Below are positions 29,568 through 37,744 of a DNA stretch of 43,156 nucleotides, in pieces. The stretch is taken from IMG/VR virus record IMGVR_UViG_2802429223_000002. One strand, given 5' to 3'. A program made the position numbers and the translations under genes. Within the stretch, counting starts at the first letter, position 1, and every line of letters begins with the position of its first letter. The notes under the pieces are model-generated. The model was given only the letters and a program-made list of their open reading frames with translations, did not search any database and was not told the origin of the DNA. Source of the DNA: a virus (Duplodnaviria; Heunggongvirae; Uroviricota; Caudoviricetes).

Positions 29568-30452
29568 ATGAAATGCATCCGAAAACATCCAGCAATAGCT
29601 TATACAGTAATTATTTTAGTTTTTGCCTTAATATACAATTTCACTTGGAGCGTCAATCCAGATTCTTTCATTAAAAACAACGTTCTCAACTCTACACCTG
29701 TATATGATGCCGTTAATTTAGCATATGCGAACAATGAGGTAAAAAAAGAAGCTCCTGTCAGTGTTTCGAGGGAAGTATTTGCAGAGCAAATTTTAACACT
29801 TACAAATCAATTCAATAAGATAATAATTGAAAACTTAGAACTTGAAAAAACATTATCTCAGCAGCAAGAAAAATTAAAACAAATTAGTGAAAGACAATCA
29901 ATAAAGTGGGGCGAAAACACCAAAAAATACATAGCAGACAGTTTGAAAGATTTACACAAAACGCTTATCACTAAAAATAGTGAACGTACTGCCATAGCAT
30001 CTTTAAAAAACAAAACAAATGAAAGTCAGATTAACATTATGCTGGCCGACAAAGATGAAGAAATAGCCAAAATAAACCTTGAAATAGCGTATAAAGAGAA
30101 TGATGCTAATGTCTATATCTTATCTCATGTCGGCGACTTTAACGATCCAATAATCGTTAATGAGCTTGACGCAATCAATAAAGAAATTGAGAAAACAAGA
30201 ACAAAAATAATAAACAATAAAAAGAAAATAATGGAGATAAGGAGTAAATCTCAATCTATGCTGGAGAAACTCAAAAAAGATGACCTTAACTTTTGGGATT
30301 TCTTATTTTATAGCATAGGAATATCTACAACGACCACCTTTGGTGATTTGTTAGCAAATTCAAGACTTATCAGACTGATAGTTTGCGTGCAACTTTTACT
30401 ATCAATTATAGTTTTAGCTAACGTAACTCAAAGATTTTTATCAAAAAAATAA
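29568..30452 (+). CDS. membrane protein: N-terminal TM helix, long coiled-coil, C-terminal pore-loop-like motif (Q-S island gene 3)
   Basis: 294 aa; TM segment AIAYTVIILVFALIYNFTW; Lys/Glu-rich heptad region; C-terminus FLFYSIGISTTTTFGDL then hydrophobic helix RLIVCVQLLLSIIVLANV; very AT-rich. Confidence 0.55.
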   Translation: MKCIRKHPAIAYTVIILVFALIYNFTWSVNPDSFIKNNVLNSTPVYDAVNLAYANNEVKKEAPVSVSREVFAEQILTLTNQFNKIIIENLELEKTLSQQQEKLKQISERQSIKWGENTKKYIADSLKDLHKTLITKNSERTAIASLKNKTNESQINIMLADKDEEIAKINLEIAYKENDANVYILSHVGDFNDPIIVNELDAINKEIEKTRTKIINNKKKIMEIRSKSQSMLEKLKKDDLNFWDFLFYSIGISTTTTFGDLLANSRLIRLIVCVQLLLSIIVLANVTQRFLSKK

Positions 30453-30460
30453 AAAACAAA

Positions 30461-30478
30461 GCCCTCAAAAATGAGGGC
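30461..30478. terminator. bidirectional terminator between island gene 3 and Q
   Basis: GCCCTCA / TGAGGGC 7-bp stem with AAAA loop, flanked by an A-run upstream and TAATTT downstream. Confidence 0.6.
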
Positions 30479-30489
30479 TAATTTAAACC

Positions 30490-30834
30490 TTAAGATAAGA
30501 ACGATAAAATCCCGTCCAAAAATCCTAGTGCAGTTTGCAATTCCTTTCTAATCGTGCCATCTGAACACCTTCTCTTCTTGGCAATAGTGCGTAATGAGAT
30601 ACCAATAACAAAGTGGGCAATTAGTAGCTCATATTCTTCTGGCTTATATTTACGCAACCTCGCCACACATCCATCAATCATAAGACCTTCATCATCATCA
30701 CACTGCATCCGGGACTTTTTGCCATGAGGTAAAAGCCCCTTGAAGCCTGCTGCTATCGGCTGCCAATCCACACTACTGTTATCTGCTGCAGCCCATGCTC
30801 CCCAGCGGTCCAAAACTTCATACATGTCACGCAT
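30490..30834 (-). CDS. late-gene antiterminator Q (QuuD / phage 82-type family)
   Basis: [35 protein letters not shown]...[20 protein letters not shown] resembles E. coli QuuD as recalled ([35 protein letters not shown]...); lies upstream of the lysis cassette. Confidence 0.85.
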   Translation of the reverse strand: [114 protein letters not shown]

Positions 30835-30851
30835 CAACTTTCTCCACAAAA

Positions 30852-31847
30852 TCAGGCCAGCACGCCAATTGCCAGCGCACGATCGATAAAACGAAATATC
30901 AACTCCAGCTGGGAGCCATACTTCTCTTCAAATGCCACGGTATCCGCATGCAGCTCGTCGTGATGCTTTCTGCACAAAGGCAACACAAAGAGGTCATGTG
31001 CTTTTGTACCCATTCCACCCTGACCGTGGCCTATCAGGTGGTGGGGATCATCAGCAGGCTTTCCACAACATGCACACGGCTGAGTCTTAACCCAGCGCGT
31101 GTACTTTTCATTAACCCAACGGCGACGTTTGGGGCGTAACATAAAAGACTCCGGCGACTCCGGATCCACTTCCAGCGACAGCACATTTTTCGCTTTATCC
31201 TGGATGATGCTGGTGGCAGGAACCGAAGGAACAAGGTCACTTTCCCGGGTGACAGACGGCACAACAGGCTTCGGTAATCTCAGTGCCTTACGGGCTGCAC
31301 TTTCCGGTAAGGCATCCGCCAGATCATTACGAATCAGCCACCAGCACAGTTCCGGCATTGTCACAACGTGACTATCATCAAAACCGAGAGCCCGACGCAC
31401 AACAGACAACACCCAGCGGGCACAGTTATCCGTTGCCATTGATTCCAGCCGTTCCGTGAACTGATCGCGCAGTTGGTTATCGCAGTGCCAGCACAGACGG
31501 ATTGCGCCAGGCGCGTGTCGCATTGTGGTCATGTTCTCGCTGTGCCAGTTGGAATGAGGCCACTGGCAGCCTTTTTCACGAAGTAACCAGCTTTCAAGAC
31601 ATTCCACGCCACCAGCACGACGGATCACTGCCTCATTGCGGAACACGGCCCGAACGGCAGGATCATCCGCAAGCGGTTGTGACGCCGCGGGAACGGCACC
31701 ACTGGCGAAAGATGAATAATGCTCCGGCTCAGGCTCCAGCAGGACACGCCCCTGCATAAACAGGGGCATCAGCTCTGAACCGGGCCTGAACAATACGATC
31801 CCCATACGCGGGGCAATTTCAGGGGTCAGTAGTGCTCTCACGGTCAC
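30852..31847 (-). CDS. DUF968-like phage protein with C-terminal HNH-like zinc-ribbon motif
   Basis: 331 aa; C-terminal CACCGKPADDPHHLIGHGQGGMGTKAHDLFVLPLCRKHHDELH; position between nin-region genes and Q. Confidence 0.55.
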   Translation of the reverse strand: MTVRALLTPEIAPRMGIVLFRPGSELMPLFMQGRVLLEPEPEHYSSFASGAVPAASQPLADDPAVRAVFRNEAVIRRAGGVECLESWLLREKGCQWPHSNWHSENMTTMRHAPGAIRLCWHCDNQLRDQFTERLESMATDNCARWVLSVVRRALGFDDSHVVTMPELCWWLIRNDLADALPESAARKALRLPKPVVPSVTRESDLVPSVPATSIIQDKAKNVLSLEVDPESPESFMLRPKRRRWVNEKYTRWVKTQPCACCGKPADDPHHLIGHGQGGMGTKAHDLFVLPLCRKHHDELHADTVAFEEKYGSQLELIFRFIDRALAIGVLA

Positions 31848-31848
31848 C

Positions 31849-32658
31849 TCAATGAACGGTATCGAGCAGCTTTAACAGCTCAGGGAATCGGGATTCGAAG
31901 AAATGCGGCTGCGTCTCGCGCGGATTTGCGGGAGTGGTGATGTTTTTGCCGAACATGCAGCCTTTCGCCGTCAGCGACCAGAATTTTTTAATGTTGTTAA
32001 TTGCGGTACGGCTGTATCGTTCGCGTTGTTCAACGATCCCCAGCTTCACCATCTGGTGATATGCCTGATTAGCCGTCAGGCGGATACCATACTGCTTCAG
32101 CAGTGCACTCAGCGACAGCGTGGGACGACTTGAGCCATCGTGTGCATCAGCAGGAGCATCAATGGCATAGCGCGGTGCCAGATTCGGTAAGCCAACAGCC
32201 TCCTGGAGTTTCTGACAGGCCCCAAGCACAGATGAGTTAGACAGGTTTAACTCCCGACGCATAAAGTCCAGCAGAATCACACCAGCCTGCATCTTGTCAG
32301 CAGCCTGTCCGGATAATTTTTCCGGTGCGCTGGTTACCATATCGAAAGTACGGATCACCTTCAGATGGAATGACGGGCTGATCCACATTGCATAGGCATA
32401 CACCAGTTCCTTGCAGACATACGTTCCCCGTTCATTTCCCCCATGAATCACACTCACCGGGTCAACACCCAAATTCTGGGTGTTGGTCAATTCATGAACA
32501 AGCTCAACAGTTTGTTGGCTGGAAAGAAACTTTCCTGGCTCCTTGGTTCTGGCATTTGCACCAGATGCTACTGCTGCGCGATGCAGATCGTTCAGGCTGT
32601 AACGCCCATAAGCATCACGACGAACTTCAATACCATCAATGACCATCAGATTATTCAT
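31849..32658 (-). CDS. KilA-N domain protein
   Basis: N-terminal MVIDGIEVRRDAYGRYSLNDLHRAAV ... fits KilA-N; ATG 32658 preceded by AAGAGGAG SD. Confidence 0.7.
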   Translation of the reverse strand: MNNLMVIDGIEVRRDAYGRYSLNDLHRAAVASGANARTKEPGKFLSSQQTVELVHELTNTQNLGVDPVSVIHGGNERGTYVCKELVYAYAMWISPSFHLKVIRTFDMVTSAPEKLSGQAADKMQAGVILLDFMRRELNLSNSSVLGACQKLQEAVGLPNLAPRYAIDAPADAHDGSSRPTLSLSALLKQYGIRLTANQAYHQMVKLGIVEQRERYSRTAINNIKKFWSLTAKGCMFGKNITTPANPRETQPHFFESRFPELLKLLDTVH

Positions 32659-32677
32659 ACTTCGTTTCTCCTCTTGA

Positions 32678-33067
32678 TCAGGCGGCTGCACCCGCCGTTT
32701 TCTCGTACTTACTGATAGTGATCTCGACCTTCCCTTCCGGGATAACCGGTCCCCACTCCACCAGCATTCTTTTCACCTGACTGTCGTCTTCCCACACCCC
32801 CGCGTGGGTCAGGGCGTCAAACAGCGCCTTGTTATAGTTGTCCAGATCGCGGATCCGGTTATCCGGAGGAAACAACACGATCTCCACTGAAGCAGGTGCC
32901 GACGTTGGTTTTGGCAGACGACGTAACTGTTCAACTATTGCTGCGCACGCCGCGCTCTGAAATTTTCGTCCCGCCGCGCTTATCAGGCTCTTACCTGCAA
33001 ACGCCCCTTTGTTGGGGTGTCGCCAGTACGTGTTCACGCTGGGCGGAAAAGGCAGGATCAGCTTCAT
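32678..33067 (-). CDS. rusA: RusA-family Holliday junction resolvase
   Basis: 129 aa; PPSVNTYWRH...RDLDNYNKALFDALTHAGVWEDDSQV resembles E. coli RusA motifs. Confidence 0.85.
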   Translation of the reverse strand: MKLILPFPPSVNTYWRHPNKGAFAGKSLISAAGRKFQSAACAAIVEQLRRLPKPTSAPASVEIVLFPPDNRIRDLDNYNKALFDALTHAGVWEDDSQVKRMLVEWGPVIPEGKVEITISKYEKTAGAAA

Positions 33068-33390
33068 ACTTTCAGGCCCCTCTCATGTAACCAGTGGGTT
33101 GCACGCAGCCTTGCGTTTTCCTCACCGGCAAGCAGTGCGCGGATAATCCCGACCGCCTCGCTGTCGTCGTCCTTCACCGCGGTATGAAGCGTTATCCCCC
33201 GGGCCACGCCACGCTTTATCGTGATGACGCCTTTTTTCTCCAGTGCGCGAAGATGCTCTACCGCTGCATTCACTGAACGGTATCCCAGCATGGTTGCCAC
33301 CTCCTGATTGGTTGGCGGAAAGCCACGCTCTTTCTGGTAAGAAATCAGCATATCCAGCACCTGCTGCTGGCATTGAGTTAACGTCGTCAT
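33064..33390 (-). CDS. small winged-helix DNA-binding protein (LexA N-terminal-domain-like), no peptidase domain
   Basis: QQQVLDMLISYQKERGFPPTNQEVATMLGYRSVNAAVEHLRALEKKGVI resembles the LexA DNA-binding domain; TAATG overlap with upstream gene. Confidence 0.5.
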   Translation of the reverse strand: MTTLTQCQQQVLDMLISYQKERGFPPTNQEVATMLGYRSVNAAVEHLRALEKKGVITIKRGVARGITLHTAVKDDDSEAVGIIRALLAGEENARLRATHWLHERGLKV

Positions 33391-33884
33391 TACGCCCCCA
33401 CGTAATTCCCTGACAGATACCACTCATCACTCGATACAGCGCGCTTGCTGCTTTTCCGTAAACACTGCTCACGACGCGCCAGAAAATTGTTTCGTTCTGG
33501 CTGGGAGTGGCTTTCACGGAATGCCGCCATCCACACGGTTGCAGCACGACGGTATAAGCCCCTGGACTCCAGTTCTTCAGCCTGGCGGGTCAGGCACAAA
33601 ATCACCCGTGGATCGTTAGTGCCGACATAGAAATTGCGCACAGGTCTGGTTTCACGAACTGGTTGTGGTTCCGACTCCTGCGCTCTCTCAGTCAGGCGCG
33701 GGAAATGTCTGCGTGTATCTCCTTCACAACGGTGAGCCACACGCCCACTCTGACGTAACTTGCTTGCTGACTGCAGAACGCGCTGCCGTGAGTAACCTGC
33801 AAAAGCATCCGCAATGTCTCCGGAAGTACACCCCGGATGGGCTTCAATGAATTTCTGAACGTCATTCAAAAGACTCATGATCAC
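33390..33884 (-). CDS. hypothetical phage protein, possible PerC/ANR-like regulator motif in C-terminal half
   Basis: 164 aa; EELESRGLYRRAATVWMAAF resembles the PerC-family core as I recall it; low certainty. Confidence 0.35.
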   Translation of the reverse strand: MIMSLLNDVQKFIEAHPGCTSGDIADAFAGYSRQRVLQSASKLRQSGRVAHRCEGDTRRHFPRLTERAQESEPQPVRETRPVRNFYVGTNDPRVILCLTRQAEELESRGLYRRAATVWMAAFRESHSQPERNNFLARREQCLRKSSKRAVSSDEWYLSGNYVGA

Positions 33885-34822
33885 CCCCTGAATCCTGCCG
33901 GGATCTGGCTGTAGTCCACGTTGTCGTAACTGGATTTGAAGTACGGGTCTTCGCGTTTTTCGGTGTACGTGCTGACGGACGGCGATAAGCGCAGGGAAAG
34001 CTCATCCCATTTTTCCCGCAACTTCGACGGGCTGAGCACGTTACGGCACCAGAACGGATCGCGGCTGACGCGGCTGTACATCTCGCAGATTTGTTTGTGA
34101 GTACGACCATCCTGCACACACATCAGGCGAATTTCGTTTGCCCAGGCTGTCCAGTTCGGTTCTTTGGGACGAACCACCTCGCCGTCACATTCGGCAGCCT
34201 GCTCGTACAGGGCGATGATTTTTTTCCAGAGCCACTGTGCGCAGGTCAAATCATCCTGCGTTCCCCACTGGCGCTTTTTAGGGCTGAATACAACCGCATC
34301 AGGATGGCGAGTTAAAAAATCCTGTTCATCCGTCTGCGTGTCCGGTTGCGAAGCGTCCGGACGAGAAGGTTTTTTATCTGACGGATCATGTTTTGATTTT
34401 ACTGACGGATCCCCGCCAGATTCTGACGGGTGAAAACCCGCTTTTTTGCCAGATTTCGACGCATCAAATTTTGACGGGTCAGATTTTGATGCGTCAGATT
34501 TTGACGGGTCAGAATCTGACAGTTGAGAAAATGCCGCTGCCTGAAGCTTCGCAACGTTAAGCTGATAAACATTCGACGCATTGCGGTTACCCTGGCGACG
34601 CGCCTTACGCGTTAACCAGCCTTCTGCTTCCAGCCGTGCGATAGCCGTTCTGACGGTACTCATCCCCGCGCCAATCTGACGGGCAATGGTTTCAATTGAT
34701 GGCCAGCACACACCTTCGTCATTACTGAAATCAGCCAGGCGGGCCATAATTGCCACGCTGGATAATTTCATGCCTGACGCAGCGCAACCATCCCATACAT
34801 AGCCGGTTAATTTAGTGCTCAT
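33881..34822 (-). CDS. replication initiator (lambda O-like) with origin iterons inside the coding region
   Basis: N-terminal winged-helix region; central low-complexity DPSKSDASKSDPSKFDASKS encoded by direct DNA repeats; location after cro/cII. Confidence 0.6.
   Translation of the reverse strand: MSTKLTGYVWDGCAASGMKLSSVAIMARLADFSNDEGVCWPSIETIARQIGAGMSTVRTAIARLEAEGWLTRKARRQGNRNASNVYQLNVAKLQAAAFSQLSDSDPSKSDASKSDPSKFDASKSGKKAGFHPSESGGDPSVKSKHDPSDKKPSRPDASQPDTQTDEQDFLTRHPDAVVFSPKKRQWGTQDDLTCAQWLWKKIIALYEQAAECDGEVVRPKEPNWTAWANEIRLMCVQDGRTHKQICEMYSRVSRDPFWCRNVLSPSKLREKWDELSLRLSPSVSTYTEKREDPYFKSSYDNVDYSQIPAGFRG
34390..34527. repeat. origin iterons (at least 5-6 copies of about 15-17 bp, consensus AGATTTTGACGGGTCAG)
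   Basis: Direct repeats gattttgacgggtcag / gattttgatgcgtcag / gattttgacgggtcag / gaatctgacag and upstream variants. Confidence 0.7.
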
Positions 34823-34831
34823 GACCGACCT

Positions 34832-35170
34832 CTATTTCCCTGAATTTACGACGAAACTGTTCGAGCGGGCTGAAGCACTCATGCTCATAGCCTTCACGGA
34901 GGTAGATAACCCGTTGTGTTTCCGGCTCCCAACGAATGACTCTGACGGGCACTCCGTAGTGATCTTTGAACCAGCGGTTAACTTGTCGCAAAGGACTGTC
35001 TCCTTCTGCCGGTTGAAATCACCCACAGCCCACTCTGCAAAGCTGTGGGTTACAATTTCCCTGTCACCTGGTACATTTACTGCATAGCAATACTCCACCT
35101 TCGCTTTTCCACCTGGTACAGGAAGTGCAATCAGTTGCGAGCGACGGTAGTGTGTTGTTAAACTGTTCAT
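34832..35170 (-). CDS. hypothetical protein
   Basis: 112 aa; ATG overlaps upstream gene stop (ATGA), GGAG SD; preferred over the antisense ORF 34815-35087. Confidence 0.45.
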   Translation of the reverse strand: MNSLTTHYRRSQLIALPVPGGKAKVEYCYAVNVPGDREIVTHSFAEWAVGDFNRQKETVLCDKLTAGSKITTECPSESFVGSRKHNGLSTSVKAMSMSASARSNSFVVNSGK

Positions 35171-35757
35171 GCGTTAGTTTCTCCACAACCAGAAGCAATC
35201 GACGCCACGACGCCCGGAGCTGCACACTCGCGGGCGTCATTACTTTCTGAAATGCAAAAAATTTTGTAGACAAGTGCTGCATGCTCCTGCAGTTTCGAAA
35301 TTGAGAGATACAGCTCGTCGTTAATTGCTGTCTTCTCATGCGGTTCCACCACACCGTCTTCGATTGCCGAACGAATCTGTTTGGAATAACTGCCAATCTG
35401 TTCAATGACTTCCAGCAGGCGCTGGTTAATATCGGCGTTATCCACATCCTCGACGTCAGGAAGAGACACAAAGACGCCATTTGCAGACTGCGCCACAGCG
35501 TCAGCAATGAAGTGAGTGCCACCAGCACGTTGTAAAATCATCGCCCATCCCAGCGGGAAAATTTGATCGCCATCGGCACGAAGGCGGTTAAATAATGCGT
35601 TCTCTGTTACATCCAGCCAGTCAGCTGCTTCAGCGTAACCCCCCGGCAACGCTGCGATAGTTTTTCTGACAGCTTTCACGTACCACTTAGGCTGTTTTTC
35701 TACTTTCCAGTGATGCTTACCCACGGCTATCTCCTTAAAACTGTGGTTACTTTTCAT
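35167..35757 (-). CDS. phage early regulatory protein, possibly CII-like (CP76-type)
   Basis: About 196 aa from ATG 35757; position directly downstream of the cro-like gene; family assignment uncertain. Confidence 0.35.
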   Translation of the reverse strand: MKSNHSFKEIAVGKHHWKVEKQPKWYVKAVRKTIAALPGGYAEAADWLDVTENALFNRLRADGDQIFPLGWAMILQRAGGTHFIADAVAQSANGVFVSLPDVEDVDNADINQRLLEVIEQIGSYSKQIRSAIEDGVVEPHEKTAINDELYLSISKLQEHAALVYKIFCISESNDARECAAPGVVASIASGCGETNA

Positions 35758-35995
35758 CTGATGAATCTTTAATCTTTTGAAAAATATCTGGACGTAATTT
35801 TTCTTTTGATATGCCAGTGGTCTTTTCAATGAATATCGAGAGCTTTGCAGGGGGACGCTTTTCTCTGTTCAACCAGTTCCAGACATGTTGTTGCTTTACT
35901 AAATGACCGCTGCTGGCTGTGAGCTTCCGAGCCAATTCTGATTGACCACCAGCCAGAGCGATTGCCTCCGATAAGGCTAATTGCTCAGGTGTCAT
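35747..35995 (-). CDS. Cro-like HTH regulator
   Basis: 82 aa with HTH (SEAIALAGGQSELARKLTASSGHLVKQQHVWNW); divergent from cI across an operator-rich 135-bp spacer; AGGAG SD. Confidence 0.6.
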   Translation of the reverse strand: MTPEQLALSEAIALAGGQSELARKLTASSGHLVKQQHVWNWLNREKRPPAKLSIFIEKTTGISKEKLRPDIFQKIKDSSDEK

Positions 35996-36130
35996 AGCTT
36001 TCTCCTTTTTAGGTAGTTAAGTTGTTACAAGTTGCAAGAATACAACATTAACAACTTTTATCACAACTTTTAGGTGTTGGAAAGCTAAAACATAAAGTTG
36101 TAACCTCATCAAAAAAGAGAGGGATATGTT
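35996..36130. promoter_or_regulatory. OR-like operator/promoter region between cro-like and cI-like genes
   Basis: Repeated half-sites AAGTTGT (36019, 36030, 36104) and ACAACTT (36052, 36065); 9-bp palindrome TTGTTACAA at 36022-36030; tandem ACAACTTTTA at 36051 and 36064. Confidence 0.6.
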
Positions 36131-36817
36131 GTGAAAACACTGGCAGAACGATTAAAGATAGGTAGAGAGAAAGCTGGCATGAGCCAAGCTCAACTAGCTG
36201 AAAAAATTGGACTTTCACAACAATCTGTAGCCAAAATAGAGAATGGCGAAACTCTACAACCGCGCAAAATTAAAGAAATTGCAAAAGTTTTAGGTGTATC
36301 ACAAAAGTGGTTACAACTTGGTATTGAAGACAACGCATCCATACCTGATCTTGTTGTAAAAGAAGCAGAAAGCACCGCATTAGACCCCGATATTTTCGTA
36401 AACATTCCTGTTTTAGATGTCGAGTTATCGGCAGGTAACGGATGTCTGGCTGAAATAGTTGAATCAGCTATTGACTGGTTTCCGTTAAGAAGAGCAGATT
36501 TGAGAAAATCTGGCGTATGTGCATCTAATGCCAAGATCGTAAAAATATGGGGGAACAGTTTATTACCAGTTCTCAATAATGGAGATCTTGTTGCCGTTGA
36601 TATTTCTCAAACCGTTCCTATTCGTGATGGCGATCTTTATGCCGTACGAGATGGTGTATTGCTAAGGGTTAAAATACTTATCAACTTACCTGACGGTGGC
36701 TTGATTCTTAGAAGCTTCAACAAAGATGAGTACCCAGATGAAATACTCACCTTTGAAGATAGACGAGCCAGAATTCATGTTATAGGTAGGGTATTCTGGT
36801 CATCGCGAACTTGGTAA
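36131..36817 (+). CDS. CI-like prophage repressor (HTH_XRE N-terminus, S24 LexA-like peptidase C-terminus)
   Basis: GTG start with AGAGAGGG SD; HTH (MSQAQLAEKIGLSQQSVAKIENGE) and C-terminal S24-like autocleavage domain. Confidence 0.85.
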   Translation: MKTLAERLKIGREKAGMSQAQLAEKIGLSQQSVAKIENGETLQPRKIKEIAKVLGVSQKWLQLGIEDNASIPDLVVKEAESTALDPDIFVNIPVLDVELSAGNGCLAEIVESAIDWFPLRRADLRKSGVCASNAKIVKIWGNSLLPVLNNGDLVAVDISQTVPIRDGDLYAVRDGVLLRVKILINLPDGGLILRSFNKDEYPDEILTFEDRRARIHVIGRVFWSSRTW

Positions 36818-37690
36818 TGCATCGAAAAGCATTTCTTCAGAAATAATTTTAAGTTTTGCACCATTATCATCCCTATAAGATATAGCTTTTTCGATCTTCC
36901 TTCCGTGACTTGAGAATTTCCAATCACGGGAGGAAAGCGTCCCAATTACTAAAAAATCCAACTTTTGAGTAATTCCACTACTGATGTTCCCACCAGCATT
37001 TTTAATCAAATTTTCAACTACGGCTCTCTTTCCTGCAACAAAAGTGCCTGTAAGACAATAGGTTTTACCCTCTAACTCTATCGAAGCCCCTACATCAATA
37101 GGCAGCCTGGTCGCCAAACCATCCACCACCCCACTTTCCAAGTCACATCCTGTGAAGTCTACTAATGCCTTATGTAGAGTTAAACTCTCATCTTCAGTAA
37201 TAACCCCATCTTTAAGAATTTCCTTTACAAGTGCATAAAGTTTTTTTCCTGGGTAGTTGTTCTTCAAAGCTCCATTTTGCTCAAGCCACCAATTAAGATA
37301 TCTTATTTCTTCTTGAGTTAAGTTCCGATCAGCAATTAATCCTTTACATAGTCCATTAAGTAAATGGACATCTACATCCTTGGAGTAAAAATCAATTTCA
37401 GGGATATCAAGAATTTCCCTCTGTATTTGGAGAAGGCTATTTTTAAGGTCATCACGTTCTTCTGATGTGATTATTCCATCCGCAAGAATATCCGACACCC
37501 GTGCTGATAGACTTTTTATAACTCCATTATTGATAATCTGCTTTGCTTCAAGTACCCATGTATCTAAGTAAAGAACCTCCTCTTCACGGACAACTCCATC
37601 TGCAATGATTCCATCAATGATGCTAATCAAGTTAGCAAATAACTTGTCCCGGTTCTGTGTGTAATTAAAAGCGTAAAGCGCGTCTTCCAT
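36800..37690 (-). CDS. tandem-repeat protein with C-terminal BRCT-like domain (rex-slot cargo gene)
   Basis: 296 aa from ATG 37690 (AGGAGG SD); four ~40-aa repeats (IADGVVREEEVLYL / LADGIITSEERDDL / IADRNLTQEEIRYL / LKDGVITEDESLTL) then GKTYCLTGTFVAGKRAVVENLIKNAGGNISSGITQKLDFLVIG, which resembles NAD-ligase BRCT domains; AT-rich. Confidence 0.6.
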   Translation of the reverse strand: MEDALYAFNYTQNRDKLFANLISIIDGIIADGVVREEEVLYLDTWVLEAKQIINNGVIKSLSARVSDILADGIITSEERDDLKNSLLQIQREILDIPEIDFYSKDVDVHLLNGLCKGLIADRNLTQEEIRYLNWWLEQNGALKNNYPGKKLYALVKEILKDGVITEDESLTLHKALVDFTGCDLESGVVDGLATRLPIDVGASIELEGKTYCLTGTFVAGKRAVVENLIKNAGGNISSGITQKLDFLVIGTLSSRDWKFSSHGRKIEKAISYRDDNGAKLKIISEEMLFDALPSSR

Positions 37691-37744
37691 ACAACCTCCT
37701 TTTTTTGATAATCCTTGCACTCCTTGGCTACTCGTTCAAACCAC

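Noticed and set aside
28676-30452. Shiga-toxin-like or other known toxin cargo in the Q-S interval
   Set aside because: Position is the classic stx slot, but none of the three ORFs resembles StxA (N-glycosidase) or StxB (small signal-peptide B subunit) in size, order or sequence.
34815-35087. 90-aa plus-strand ORF between the O-like and CII-like genes
   Set aside because: The minus-strand ORF 34832-35170 is co-oriented with the operon, has an ATGA start/stop overlap with the upstream gene and an SD; the plus-strand ORF has neither.
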